Below are positions 10,379-25,300 of a stretch of DNA of 64,000 nt, piece after piece. The position numbers and the translations under genes are program-made. The stretch's first letter is position 1; every line of letters begins with the position of its first letter. The notes beneath the pieces were generated by a model, which worked only from the letters and a program-made list of their open reading frames with translations, did not search any database and was not told the DNA's origin. Origin of the DNA: Phoronis australis (taxonomy: Eukaryota > Animalia > Phoronida); the NCBI GenBank assembly GCA_002633005.1, contig NMRA01000656.1, positions 116,289 through 180,288 on the forward strand. The letters run 5' to 3'.

Positions 10379-13300
10379 CTAAGGGCACAATGAGCAAATT
10401 CAAGGTTATCAGCAAGAAGATGTGCAAAGAACTATGAAGCAAGTAATTTAAACATGAATTGAGAATGGTAACTAATTTCAAATAAAAAAAATTGCCAAAA
10501 TACACGTTCTCTCATTTTATCACAAGAGGCACAAGCCCCAAATAAATGTATTTTCATTTCAAGTGCTATGCTACCGTACTGTTAAATCAAGTTACGACAA
10601 TTCAAGGTTTACACAACGAAGCCTTTGAAAAATGAGAAAATGTCAAATTTGGCAATTATTTTTGGCAAGTAATTAATATTGAATCCTAATTTGGTGAGCT
10701 TGAAAAAATACAGGGTGTGTTGCTGCACAGATTTGTTTTTATAATGCTTCCTGAGTGACTTTGCTTTAGTCTGCAGTACACTTTAAAGGATTTTTACAAA
10801 ACTTGCCATCTCAACTTTTAATCAAAGAGTTGGTGTGCGCCAGACAAAAAAGGCATGCCCCATAGATTAGCTTACCTGTGACTTGTGGGGGTTGTAGACT
10901 GGACCTGGCTGTGGTGGCTGTCACCTTGGGCAGAGGGATGGTCAGTATGACCCCTGCACTAGTACCCACCCACAGCAGGTCTTTAACAGCCAGTAGGGCA
11001 GTGATCTTCAGACAGGCTGTCTTGTGCTGTCGAATGATGTCATCGGCAGCTGGAACAGAAATGGTATAACACGTACTGATATGTTTGGAAAAGAGTTCCA
11101 ATTAAATATTCATATTGATAAAATTCAGTTATACCACTGTAAATTGCACATAAGTATGAAAAATGCAGTTAAAACAATTGCTAATTAAAGAAGCTATGCT
11201 CTTGCCTTAAATCACAAAAAAACAACTTTTGGTTTAGACCACTTGTTGATAGGAAATTGGTCTCAAATTGTTCCTTTTCTAAATCAAATTGGGGGTGATT
11301 TTAGAGCTTCGAAAGGACTAAGAGTTCATTATTGGAGACCAGACTCTACCAACTGGCTGGTCTGGTGTATCATTTTATGCACCAAGTATGATCTTAGGGA
11401 ATAACGAACTGTCAGTTCCTTGCAAACTCAGGAATCACTCCTCACCTGAGTAAGCAACATGCTGAGAAAAATGTTATATCTTTTCAGTAAGTCGTCTACA
11501 TATCAGGCTCAGATGGTAGGGATGGTAAGAGTGAGGGAGGCAAGGAAGGAAATGGGTGGGTGGGACAGAGATGAGAGGGAGGTGGGAGGAAGTGAGAGAG
11601 ATGGGTGAATCGGAGAAAGATGGTTGGGAGGGGGAAGGGAGTGAGGGAGGATTGGAGAGCTCACTTAATAAACAAGACGCAACAAAGGTTTCAATGGACC
11701 AGAAAATAGCAGCTTCCCAGTGTCACTGATGGGCATGTGAGCTGTACAACTTAAGCTACATCCCCTCTCCTATCTGTCCAAATCCAGATAACATACTCTG
11801 CAGTTTCTGCCCTACAGCCTGAGCTATACTGACATCCATCAGGTGTTCATAGCGTGTGGCGTGGTACAGGCTGACCTTGAGACTTCCTTGTAGAGCGATG
11901 GCGCACACACCCTGTCGAGACAGCGCCATGCTCAACACCGGCTGCTGGCTTGCCTCTGAGTTCACTTGGAATGACTGCTGTCAAAATACAGCAAAGTTAA
12001 AATACAGGTGAATATCCACTAACAACCAGTTGTATATAACTGAGACACAAAGTTGGTAGTTTCCCCTAAAATTATTTTCCTCATTAGTGGTCTCTAAAAG
12101 TTTCATGTATATTAGTGCAAGACTTGCAAATTATTGTCGCTAAATGTTACTATAATTTCAATTTTTATAGCAAACTTGCTATCACCAAATCATTTCCAAT
12201 ACCTTTTGTGTACCTTATATGCATTAAATTAATAATAAAAATATGTTTTTGTGCAATAAGATTACCTCAGTGTTGCAGGAATCAGGCTCCAATATGAGTA
12301 TTTCACTGCCGCGACTACACCACAATTTACCAGTGACAGACAACATTCTGGTCACGGGTGTCGTTAGCGTGCCAATGGGTATTGTTCGGTAGCGATTCTT
12401 GTCCCAGCAACCCTCTGTAATAAAGCAACTCATTCCTTAAAAACATCACACAACTTGAATAACGGAAAGCATTTATCAAAAATGCAGCAACTGCAACATA
12501 GATTAATGAACGGTTACTTAATTGAAAACCTATAAAGTGAACTTCTTTTGGTTAACTCACAAAAATTCATTAAAGCTGCCATCTCTCATATTCATAAGCT
12601 GAACAAGTAAACTCAACTATAAACTACTTAATAATTACCCAGTGAACCATACATATCACAAAATTAATTACAATACAAACGATACAAATATTTCGCACAC
12701 AACGTATTGCCAAAATTGTCATTTTTTTCATTTTTCAAAGGCTTGTTACTTTATAATAGTGAAAACTCCACCAAATGTATTTTTTGATATCTACACAGTA
12801 CAAAATAGGCTAGAAACGGACTAACATTTTCCTAATCTTTATTTTTGTGACGAAATTTGAAAAAATAGAATTTCAGTTGTCGGCGATATTGTGTGACGAA
12901 TAACCATAAGCAACATTCAATCACATAAAGATGTAGAGTTGCTTAAAAACTATTGACACAATTTGATCCAGTAAATCGCAAATTAGCTTCTAACTACAGA
13001 ATAAAGTGCATTCCATTAGCATCACCATGTGAGAACCTAGCCTAAACAATTGGGGGGGGGNCGCCTCACCTGAGTAAGCAACATGCTAAGAAAAATGTTA
13101 TATCTGTTCAGTAAGTCGTCTACATATTAGGCTCAGATGGTAGGGATAGTGAGAGTGAGGGAGGCAAGGAAGGAAATGGGTGGGTGGGATTGAGATGGGA
13201 GGGAGGTGGGAGGAAGTGCGAGAGATGGGTGAATGGGAGAGAGGGGGTTGGGAGGGGGAAGGGAGTGACGGAGGGATGGAGAGCTCACTTAATAAACAAG

Positions 13301-16300
13301 ACGCAACAAAGGTTTCAATGGACCAGAAAATAGCAGCTTCCCAATGTCACTGATAGGCATGTGAGCTGCACACCTCATGCTACACCCCCCTCTCCTATCT
13401 GTCCTAATCCAGATAACTTACTCTGCAGTTTCTGCCCTACAGCCTGAGCTATACTGACATCCATCAGGTGTTCATAGCGTGTGGCGTGGTACAGGCTGAC
13501 CTTGAGACTTCCTTGTAGAGCGATGGCGCACACACCCTGTCGAGACAGCGCCATGCTCAACACCGGCTGCTGGCTTGCCTCTGAGTTCACTTGGAATGAC
13601 TGCTGTCAAAATACAGCAAAGTTAAAATACAGGTAAATATCCACTAACAACCAGTTGTATATAACTGAGACACAAAGTTGGTAGTTTCCCCTTTCATGTA
13701 TATTAGTGCGAGACTAACAAATTATTGTCGGTAAATGCTACTATAATTTCAATTTTTATAGTAAACTTGCTATCACCAAATCATTTCCAATACCTTTTGT
13801 GTACCTTATATGCATTAAATTAATAATAAAACTATCTTTTTGTGCAATAAGATTACCTCAGTGTTGCAGGAATCAGGCTCCAATATGAGTATTTCACTGC
13901 CGCGGCTACACCACAATTTACCAGTGACAGACAACATTCTGGTCACGGGTGTCGTTAGCGTGCCAATGGGTATTGTTCGGTAGCGATTCTTGTCCCAGCA
14001 ACCCTCTGTAATAAAGCAACTCGTTCATTAAAAACATCAAACAACTTGAATAACGGAAAGCATTTATCAAAAATGCAGCAACTGCAACATAGATTAATGA
14101 ACGGTTACTTAATTGAAAACCTATTAAGTGAACTTCTTTTGGTTAACTCACAAAAATTCATCAAAGCTGCCATCTCTCATATTCATAAGCTGAACATGTA
14201 AACTCAACTATAAACTACTTAATAATTACCCAGTGAACCATATATATCACAAAATTAATTACAATACAAACGATACAAATATCACCTCATTTCGCACACA
14301 ACTTATTGCCAAAATTGTCATTTTTCAAAGGCTTATTACTTTATAATAGAGAAAACGCCACCAAATGAAATTTTTTGACATCTACACAGTACAAAACAGG
14401 CTAGAAATGGACTAACATTTTCCTAATCTTTATTTTTGTGACGAAATTTGAAAAAATAGAATTTCAGTTGTCGGCAATATTGTGTGACGAATTACCATAT
14501 TAAGCAACATTCAATCACATAAAGATGTAAAGTTGCTTGAAAATTTGACAATTTGATCCAGTAAATCGCAAATTAGCTTCTAACTACAGAATAAAGGGCA
14601 TTCCATTAGCATCACCATGCGAGAACCTAGCCTAAACAATTGGGGGGGGGCTCGAATTTTTGAGAATGTGGACCTTTTACTAAGATTCACTGGGTACGTT
14701 CAGTGCTATGAATTGTACATTCACCGAATTTTGGTAGTTCCTGCCATTTTAGTGGACTTTTGGCTCATTTTCTACCTTTTTTCGGGAGTTTTTGTTTCTC
14801 TTAGGCGGACCTTTTTGCTCACTTTGCCAAATGGGGCGGGCTCGTTCGATCCTCCCGAGCCCCCCTGGGTGCGCGCATGATCATACAGTCACATAAATAC
14901 TAGTGTGGCAGTACAATGGTCAGGTTATTGTACTAAATGGTACTTAAATGAAAACTGACAAAATATTTAGAGTATTCACTGTTAATGCAGAGTACACAAC
15001 AACAGGTGAAATGCTGACCTTCAGAACCTCAACGTTTTTCACATACCTTCAGTCCTTTCATAAATGATTAAGTCACCGTTGCTGAGGGACACATAAACTT
15101 TGTGGTCGTAGTACATCATATAGAGAACGGCTGTGCTGTGAGCAATGCGAAGCTTATTCTTGGTCACCTTAATGTTTTCGGAACAGGGAAAGATGTGAAT
15201 GTAGCCATCATCTGTCCCCAACCACATGGTCGACTTGCGAGGGTCCAGCACCTGGCTGCCGTCCTTGGAGGGGGACTCATTTAGACCAGGAGAGCCTGCT
15301 CTGTCACCCTCTGGAACACAAAAGTGCATAAGACATACCACTGAGACCCCATACAAGGAAATTTCTACATACAAGTATAGCAATCTTCTAAACATATTTT
15401 ACAAAATCTGGGTTGAGTTTCGTAGACGTAAAAACCTCATGGAAATGCAAGCACACTCAAAACATCGCGAGACATTATCATGCATCAAAAAGAAGCACGT
15501 GACCACACTAGCATCATTTATGAAATTTTTTAGTCTACGGAACGAAGTCTTGTTCTCATGTGGGGATAATGGGGCTCTGTTTACTTGCAAATTGATTTTG
15601 AGACAAATTATACATTTTTCAGTTTTTGAGATACTAATGACAAGACTGGTTAACTTTGCTTATGTTGACAGTCGATTGTACAAGAAAGGAGGAACTGACG
15701 TGATACAATACTGCAGCAATGGTGAATTGGTCTCAAGTGAGTCAACTTTTTCATGACACGTTTGGCGTCATCTTCAGTACATCACTATTTCTAACCAAGG
15801 ACGTATCTCATCTGCTCACTTACCAGAGGGCAGCTGCAGTCGTATACTGCTCTCGTCATCACTGGATGACGAGTCATCTTCATCACTGAAGTCAGTGCTC
15901 TCCATGCTAATGGTCTGGTTGAACGCCATATCACTGGCCTTACGTGGAGGTTGCTGTATTCTCCGACTGGCTTTCCTGCAGAAGAGCATCGACATTTTAA
16001 ATGTCTTAAAGTAATGGTTAAACAAGACTCGCTTCAATAGGATCCAACCCGAACCGGAGATTTTATCTGAAGAATCAATTCAATGAGCTCGAACAACCAC
16101 ATTGAGGAACTTCTTCCGAATTACACAAAGATCCAGCTTTGGAATGTTTGACCTCAGAATTTTACTGTAGCCTGTTCAAAATGACCTCACAAGCTCTGTT
16201 ACAGATTCTACTGTATGTGTTTAGGACTGGTCATCACAACTTACACAAGAAGTGGATTAAAATTAAATATCATTACCCCGACTACAAATAATTATGGCTA

Positions 16301-19300
16301 AATGAAGTTACAATATTGACTCAGACTCACAGTCAGACACAACCTAGGCAAGAGCTCTATTAACCAGTAGCAGAACTACTGAGACACTGCACCAGGCACT
16401 ACAAATGTGTCAGATTAGAAAGGACATTGATGGCAACTTTTTGGGTTTTTTGGGTTCAAAATATTTCGTTCTTCATTATCATCGCACAAATTCCATGACA
16501 CCATTATTCAGGTATCACTTTCGTTAAAGTGAAAAACATCCTTTAACACAGAGAAACAGAATAATTGTTTAAATGTCAATTAGGTATATGCAAACAAAAG
16601 GATAATACACCAAAACCAGAATTCAGTGATTAAAATTACCGTTTCAAGCCACCAGACCATGCGGGTACAGCGCATATACACATGATCTTTGCATTGCATC
16701 CTGGGACAGGTGTATTCTGTGGCACGATTGGCTCAGGCTGCAGACTGAGCAAGCACATGTGACCAACATAGCCGTCACTGTTACACACCCACACGTCGCG
16801 GTAGTGATTGTTATTCAGGCCGTCGATGGGGCATGCACAAGAGAACTGCATTCCAGCGCGGGTCTTTGTGATTGGCAAGTATTGCATGAAGACAGGGGGC
16901 AATCTGTCTGTTAATGAGGCTACAATGGAGAGAGAGTGAACACTATATTGGATGAACACCAGGGGGCAGCCTGTCTGTTTATAGGGCTTTAATAGAAATA
17001 CATTTTGTCACAGCACCAAATGCATGGAAAAGTGGGCCACTCCTGAGGATTGATGATGAACAACGCGCAGAACTCTGTGGCTGGGTATCAGTGGCAAAGT
17101 CTTGGTTTGGATGTTTGTTGAATATTCATGGGTATGAGCCAATAGACTATTTCAAGTCCTTTTATTGTTCTGGCCTATGCATTGTAATCCTACATCTGTC
17201 AAAAATGCAAACTTGTGTGGAACGCATTGACTCAATCTGTTCCTGTTGCTGCAAGCCACCAAGTCATTTCTCAACAAATAAAACAGAATACTGATGCATT
17301 TCTCAACACCAACCACTTGGAATGCTTGGATGTCATTTTCCAACCAATTGGAATGTCCCGACTGTTACTTTATTCTGTTAACCAATTAGAAGCCATGATA
17401 CATGATCACTCCACACTGCTACCTTTTGTAGCACTGGGAAAGAGTTTATGATGGAGAGAGTGAGAGTGAAGACTACACTGGACGAACACCAAGGGGTAGC
17501 CCGTCTCTAATGGAGTGAAGACTATATCCTGGGCTGAAAATGTCCAGATGACATATGAGATGATGTTAGGGACTATTTATCAACAATATTGATATTGTCA
17601 GGGTTGCAGAAAACATATGTAGAGAGGAAGGGGTTGAGACTTACACCTAGCATAATGCTTTTGACGTTATAAAAATGGCAATACCGAAAGGCCAAAAGTT
17701 CAACGATTCATTCATCGCTTTTTCGCATAAAAAACATGTGGAGAACTGGGGTCCGTTCCAACAAAACTGATTTAGCTAAAACAAATCTTAACTTTTAGTA
17801 AATTCATGTAAAACTTAAATTTGTCTCAAGATCGTTTCAAGAAAGAGATCTTAAGTTTGGAAGTTAAGACAAATCTTAGACTTAAGTCAAAAATGAACTT
17901 AAGTCAGTTTTTTGGAACGGACCCCAGATCCAAAATAATTTAACCTTACCAGCATTAACAGATGAACAACAGCACTTAAAGCAAACAATCATGTTATGCA
18001 AATAAATACTGGTCTATGAAATATGAATTGCTTTGTACACTCAGGTGAAAGTGACAATTGTGAACAATCCCTATAAACAGCCATCCACAACATTGGCAAG
18101 GGGTGTACACTGTTGGAGTTGACCTTAACAATAAAAGTGAACAAATTGACTTGAACCAGAGAAACGTACACTGAGTGCCCATGTTCCCTAGCATGGTGAT
18201 ATAACTTGAATTCCCAGAGAGTTTTAGTGCTCAACTTCTTTATATGATGTGACACAATCGAGAACTTACAAATGAATGCCTTTGATCGTCATTGGCTACA
18301 GTCATCCTCAGAATGGTAGTTAGGGTGATCGGAGCCATCACAGTCGAAAACATCCAATTTATTGTAACTATTCGATTGTGTCTCATGAAATTCGTCTGAT
18401 ATTTGGCTTATCAATCGAATGAAATTGTTTAGTTAACTTTTTAATGTTAAGCAGGACAATGTGATATAGCAGGTACTTACAAAGTTTTTGCTTGGTTTCT
18501 GATAGACACTGTTCCCATGACGACCGTTTGTCGGATGACGAAAACTGCACAGTGCAATTGGGTATGCCCTCCCTATAAGTACAGTTAGTGGTTGATAGAT
18601 GTCAGGGTAGTCCAACAATAAAAAAGAAATGCCAATTGAATATATTGGAGATTGAATTCCTAAATGGTATACATCATATATGCACTCAGGTGTTTTGTTT
18701 CCTACTTAAGCGTATTCAGTTAGCGTAATAAGCAATACCTAAGAATATGATAATAAAGACACCACTACATCTTACCCCTCCAACATGACTTGAGGTGCAC
18801 TTACACAAGAGACAGCAGTCACAGAGCAACTAACACGGAACAGCTGATAAAGCGCAAGTGTGTGCGTAAACACAACTGACACGTAGCACGTTGACACCGC
18901 AGCGGCCATTTTTGACACCGCTTTGAGAGGTAGAGTGAGTTGCACCTGATCAGTAGCTCAAGTTTCAACTACACGTCTAAACACAACTGGGGCAGGGCAG
19001 AAAGGATCAGCTTTCAATGCGCCTGCGCTATAGCATAAAAACGTGTGATCCGCAGGCATTTCACGTGGTTAGAACGTTTGCTATTGTTTATGCAAGCACG
19101 CCCAGACAGTCTTTGTGTAAATGACTCGTGTTGATCCAGTTTGCGATCTAATGTTGTGTAAATGTGACAGCTTGCACCGTGACAACTGTTCTTCATGTAA
19201 AAACAGCTATAGACATGAACCAGACGTGCCAAGAGTGTGCAGAAATTTGAAAGGTCATTTCACACAATTAACCTTTGAAATAAACACTTTCAATGCTAAC

Positions 19301-22300
19301 CTACCAACGAAAAATTCTATTAAAAAGCTCTGTCACCTGTTGTGTTAAGTTTTACTCATCACTTTGATAAAACCAAACTGATTTCAACATAAATGAATCA
19401 TTTTGAAAATCTCTGACATACATGTAATGCTGGAAACTCACTTAGCCACAGAAATACTTACAACGTGTTGAAAATGATCTCGAGCTTCGTGAGATCTAGA
19501 GGAGGACTACGCAGCTCATACTCTGTCAGTTTATTGTTGACCGTGTTCACAAGGTCCCGGACCATATCATCCAGAGCCTAAGAACAAATATAATACAACA
19601 TAGTACAGTGCAATATACAATACAACTAATGCATTACAAAAATGAAAACCATAATGGCAAACCACCTCCTATTACAAGAGACTGTGTATAAAATATTTAT
19701 GTGAAAATTGCTAAAAGCTTAATTACATTTTATTTACTGCCTGTAATACAGGATTTTTGTTACGTGAACATAGCGTAGAAAAACGCAAAAAATGATCATC
19801 AACAATGAAAGTATTGTCACTTTCGTCTTATCAGTTGAACCAATTGACATTAGTACGATAAGCCAACTGAATGTAATGACTAAATAGGAAACATATCTAG
19901 AATTTTTTAAATAAAAAAAATTTGAAGAAAACCTAATAAGTTTTAGACAAGTGATACTGGTATGATTATGAAACAATAAAAATTCTAGTTCTACAGCCAC
20001 AAAATTAATAACACCATGACAGTTTCACCTGGAGACTCCATAACTTCTTTACATATGTCGTACTGTCAAAGCTGCGTTAATGTTTTTGGCTGTGATTAAA
20101 TTAGAACTTTCATTATCTAAACATTTTAACGCGAAAAAGAAGTAGACCATAAAACATTTCAATGCCAGCAACATTACTTGTTCTTGACCTGAAAAATACG
20201 ACCACATTTAACAGTGGATAGAATGAAGTTTCAGCAAAAATTATCAAGTAATTTAAATTCTTTGGCTATGATTAAGAACTTTCATTATCTGAAGATCCTT
20301 AACAGGAAAAAGAAGTAGACCATAAAACATGATTCTAATTTCAGTAACATTACTTTTCTTGAACTGAAAAAATACTACTACGTTCAGCAGCAGATAGAAT
20401 AAAGCTCCAGCTAAAATTATCGGGTAACAGAACAAGCCCACGCAGTCTCTGACCTGGTGATCACAGTGTAGTTTCTCGACAGCCTCAGACACTGACTTGA
20501 GAGTCTCTAGATCTTCCTCAAGGACGTCTTTGTCTTTGGCACGCTTTCTCGTCAGTGTATCGGGAGCTGGGAATAGGTAGGATACTTATCTTCATACTCT
20601 ACTTTACTTAGATTTTTGTCTGGTATGAGAACAGTGGAATTTCAGAGAGCACCAGGATATTCTTCAAATTCTAATTCAATGTCAATAATTGCCTGAATGT
20701 TTGTTCTCTGATAGAACAACAACAATAACAATAAAACAACAAAATAATGACAATGACAGCAATAGCAACATCTGCTGTAATGAAGATATTGTCAATATTT
20801 TCAAAACAATACACACAATGTATAATTATGACAGAGTCCCTCCCTCCCACCACAATTAGAACACTTCCAAAATGCTTATTTTTTCCCCTACCAATGATTT
20901 TCACCCACATTTTAGCTTACTTACAGTTATACACCTCCACGTCCTCAACACTGGCACGCTGTAGTATTTTTTGTTTGCAGTTCTCAATAAAATCCTGACC
21001 AGTTGGTGATTTTCTACAAAACAAGACGTAATAAGTCACAAAATGAGTCACCAATGAAATGGAGGAAATAAATCAAACAAAGTGCAGACTTCACTTAATC
21101 ACATCTACTATCTGTAATAGTCAGCAGCATTCATGAACCCGATGCTCAAGCCATCATAGATCATAGACAACATATTGCCAACTCCGATGCTATCCTATGA
21201 AATTTTCAGAGGAGACGCCAGTCTGTTCCGGTGCATATCCCGGCTTAAATTTGTGAGCAAACAATGCTCTTACTGGAAGAAAAATGTGCCATCACACCAG
21301 ACGCCGCTAGTGAATAGTGACGTCATGACCAAGAGAGAAATTGTAGTACTGTTGGTCATGGCTTGTGCGTAAGATCTGGGATCTTGAACATTGAGAATAT
21401 TCAGAGTTGACGGTTCATGTATATTAGATTATGATACCACCATTAAGTCGCAATGGTGATTTGAACACTTTGTCACAACGCTAGTTTATCTCACACATAT
21501 TCACTTTAAATTATAGCAACTTAATAAGCAAGAGAAGACATTAAGGCAAACAGTCATTTGCACAGGTACCAGATTTTGAGAACCAGTTTGATGCTGGTTA
21601 TTCTGTGAAGAAAACTGGATCTCAAAATGCGGAACTCCTGTAAGTAACTATTTCCTAGTAAGACAACAATGCCTTTCTTCAACTGTTACAAACATTTGTA
21701 TCAAACGTGCTTTTCTTCAACTAACAGGTGTATCAAACTTAACTTAATTACCTTGAACATAAGAGTGCAACAAAACACTTAAGAGTACAAGCTAGACCAC
21801 AAGGGAAGACAGAGACCACTGTATATTATTTATAAAATAACTAAATACAACGACTACAGAGATAAGAGTGAGCTTCATATTTTTCTCAATAATTAAAAAG
21901 TCTACAAGTTCAGAATAACAGCAAGTTTACAAACATTACTTGAAATATTAATTGTAACAAGGTAAATCACACATAAAGACTCCTCAGACCAGTTTACCAG
22001 GATACTTACAATAATATAGATGTCCTTTTATTGACTGGACCCGTCCTCCGTTTGATAGTTGTTAACACCACCATATCTGAGAACGTCCAAATACAGCACT
22101 GGTCTTTTTTACCCTAAACAAAGAGAGAATATGTCAATCAATCCTTATATTTTACAGCAGTTCTTCAAATACTTCACACAAAAAATTGCAGCTGCAAAAA
22201 TTGTCACATTTCTACTTTGCTGAGACCTATGACCATGATGCAACTACAGGAAACTCCAATTACTAAACATTCTTTTACGACAACTAAATAGTTCAGTCAA

Positions 22301-25300
22301 ACCCGTAATAGTTGAGAATTAAGTTTGATGAATACAGTTTCACTTGTCTGCCACATTGTGAGCTAAATAGCGTATCAATATTTGAATTATAAATTTACTC
22401 CTTTTCTCAGTGACCTAAGGGACCTAACACTGCCTACTTCTAGTCTCCTTTTCATCACTGGAAACGCATGACGAAAAAACCTTACATAAAAACTAATGCG
22501 ACACAACCTATTCTCTTCACACCAAATGCGAACTTTGTAAGAGACAAACTTGACAATAAGCACTGCTTCCCTGTCTCTCATCAAATCTTTCCATGATGAT
22601 AAAACAGACCCTAATTATAAGTCTTCACCTATCGCCCATTAAGCATGAAAATTGTTAACAGTGAACTTACGACTACTTCGTAACCAGGATACTGGCTTTA
22701 ACAGACAAATTAGCTGCTGGCTAAACTTTGACACAACACGCTAGTTAACGGTGTTAATTTAGTAACTGTACCATAGGTTAATGAGGAGGGATCAGTAATA
22801 TGTTATGAAAAAAGACTGAGGTTATTAGCTAAAGACAGCGGTACAACTTTGTTAGGTGAAAGACAATAGCATGATTGGTTCTGGTCGGAAGTGTTTTTGA
22901 AAATGGATCATTCTCTTAGCTGTCTCTATTTTCACAAAGAAATTTGGCTAACTGCAGGTGAAATGACTTGAGATCCTTCTTATTCTTCTACCCAGAAACA
23001 ACTGATGCCAGTTTTTGAGGTAAAGCTTTCAAAAGGGGGGGGGGGTGTGTGTGTGTGCAGACCAGAATTAACGAACATATGGTGTTCCAATGACCTTACC
23101 AAAAGACACATTTCTTTAAAATAAAAGTCTTGAAACTACGAAACCACTGCTTCAAGTGTTTGATGAGCACAAAACAGAATTTCAACAACTGTAATCACAT
23201 GGCCAACCTTTTTCAAACAAGACACTGCTCTTCTATAATACTGCTGTAACTTCCAAATGCGACAATTCTTGTACCTTACTAGTGAAACCTGTATCTGCAT
23301 TCTAAAAGCTACAAAAGTATGACAGCCGTTTTCTGTCAAGGCTTTTTAGCTGAGAACTACGATATCAAAAATGAAGACTTTAAATCATTCACTTCCCACA
23401 AAAATTCTGAAAGTCTTTATTTTTGGCACAAGTTCTCTAACACAGACAGAAAGGATTAGGGGAGAAATACCAGACTGAAACGTTTTAGTAGCTAACAGTA
23501 TATAGAATCAGGAACCGTGAGTCTTGTGAGAAATTGTGTGTGTTTGAAACTTGAGGTTAGGGAGGAACTTATCAAGAAGCCTGTATATTCATTCAACTCA
23601 GTATAAGTACATATTTTCTGAACTAAGATTAGAATGTGGAATTTGATTTTTGACTCTATACCAATCTAAAATTTATTGAGTCATGTGACCATGTCTTTTT
23701 AGTAAAATTTATCAGAAAGGCATGATTGTGAATATGACAAACACTCGACAACACATCTAACAAAATTCTTGTACAATGTCCAAACAAAATTGTCAATTTA
23801 CCCGGTGGCCAATAGGTGTCAGTACTCACCAGAACCTGCACAACATCATGACGAAGATATGTCCTCTCAGGCACTGCCAACTGTGAAGAAAAAACAAACA
23901 GTTTCTGAAAACGATAATCTCCAATCTAGTTTAGGTAGCCTTACCAGAAATTGTTTAAGTTATCTGGAAACCTTTCCTGACGGGTTAACTCTGTTTTCAC
24001 ACACTAGTGTGATAAACCAATTTCCAAAAATACATTCCAGGTTCTTAGGTCCCAATACTCAAAGGTTTTTGTAGTGGAATCTGGATGAAAAATGTAACAG
24101 TCATGAAATGAGGAATTTTTATGTCAAATCAAACACTAAGTTCAAATTTGGAGGAGTGAAGGTGTTAAAATTTGCACTGTATTACTTGAGTTTTGTCCAG
24201 CACATAAATTTTACAGTGCTGATAACTTCAGGAATGTTTTCAAACAAAACAAAAAATTGCTGACCAAGATATCAAAGTTTTTCATAAAAGACACATTATA
24301 CTAAACTAACACTTTATAATGTTGAAATTCTGCATCAATGCAGAATATTTTGAAAAATTGCAAGCAATCACAACAGTGGCAAAAGACCTTGAAAAATACA
24401 CCAAACGACAATTGGGTCACGATTGTTTTTTTCTGAAATTAGTGAGATTTTACTGTACTCCATAGCTGTGCAGAATGACTGCCCGAATATAATGGCATAA
24501 AGCATACTGAGGCGCCACCTATGAAGACTTTGTTTAAGCCAGGTCAATGCTTACACCTCTCAGGGAAAAAATTACGTAGATACTACTAATAATAGCAAAC
24601 AGAGCTGGCTGGGTGAAACCACCAAAATAGGGAAAAGTACCTTTTAATGTTTGGAAAATCACACAACACCTACAGGGCCCCCGAACCTTATCACCAAAAT
24701 TGACATGAATCAGATTCAGACTCTAAACTTAACCGATCAGGTTGCGTTTATTTCAGAGAAAATTTGTCTACTTGAAACTTGCCACGCATATTAAACAATA
24801 TTTATGACAAGTTTCGAGGCACAGAGAATACAACCTAGAACCTGTTTCTTTTGTCGTTTCGGGCTGTAGCATGACACCACAAGTGAATGAGGTAGCATTA
24901 CTTACATCAGAGACGGACAGCAGCTCCTCAATCTTCTTCAGTGTGTTGTGAGGGTCGCCTTCCTTTTCCCCCTCATCACAGTTAATGGTACTGGCCAGGC
25001 GGTCGATTACACGGATAGCCTCCTCGATATTGTGCTTATCCGGGTGGTCGTCCGACGTACTCTTCAGAAGACGCTGAAATAGAGAGACAGACTCACGTGA
25101 TGCAAGTGTTTGGTTGTACTGACCCTCCCAACTGGAGATACCAGAGATTTCTTTAAGTAAGTGCAGCCAAATAAAAACTCAGTGGCAAGGGATATTTCAT
25201 TTAACGGAAGCCTAAGTCGCGTACCTGCCAAAAATGTGCATGGTTCTAGCACTTTATTATTTTATGGTAAGTAGACATGAAAACTTAATTATTTGAGATG

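Larger units (their letters stand above)
11440..14650. repeat. 1.6-kb tandem duplication (11440-13060 / 13064-14650) joined at an N (13061), containing two ARHGEF17 exons
   Basis: Both copies run from CCTCACCTGAGTAAGCAAC to CCTAAACAATTGGGGGGGGG. Introns differ by SNPs and small indels; exons are almost identical. Confidence 0.95.

Noticed and set aside
15226-15756. 176-aa plus-strand ORF, the longest in the track
   Set aside because: Antisense to an ARHGEF17 exon and running into AT-rich intron; no recognisable domain.
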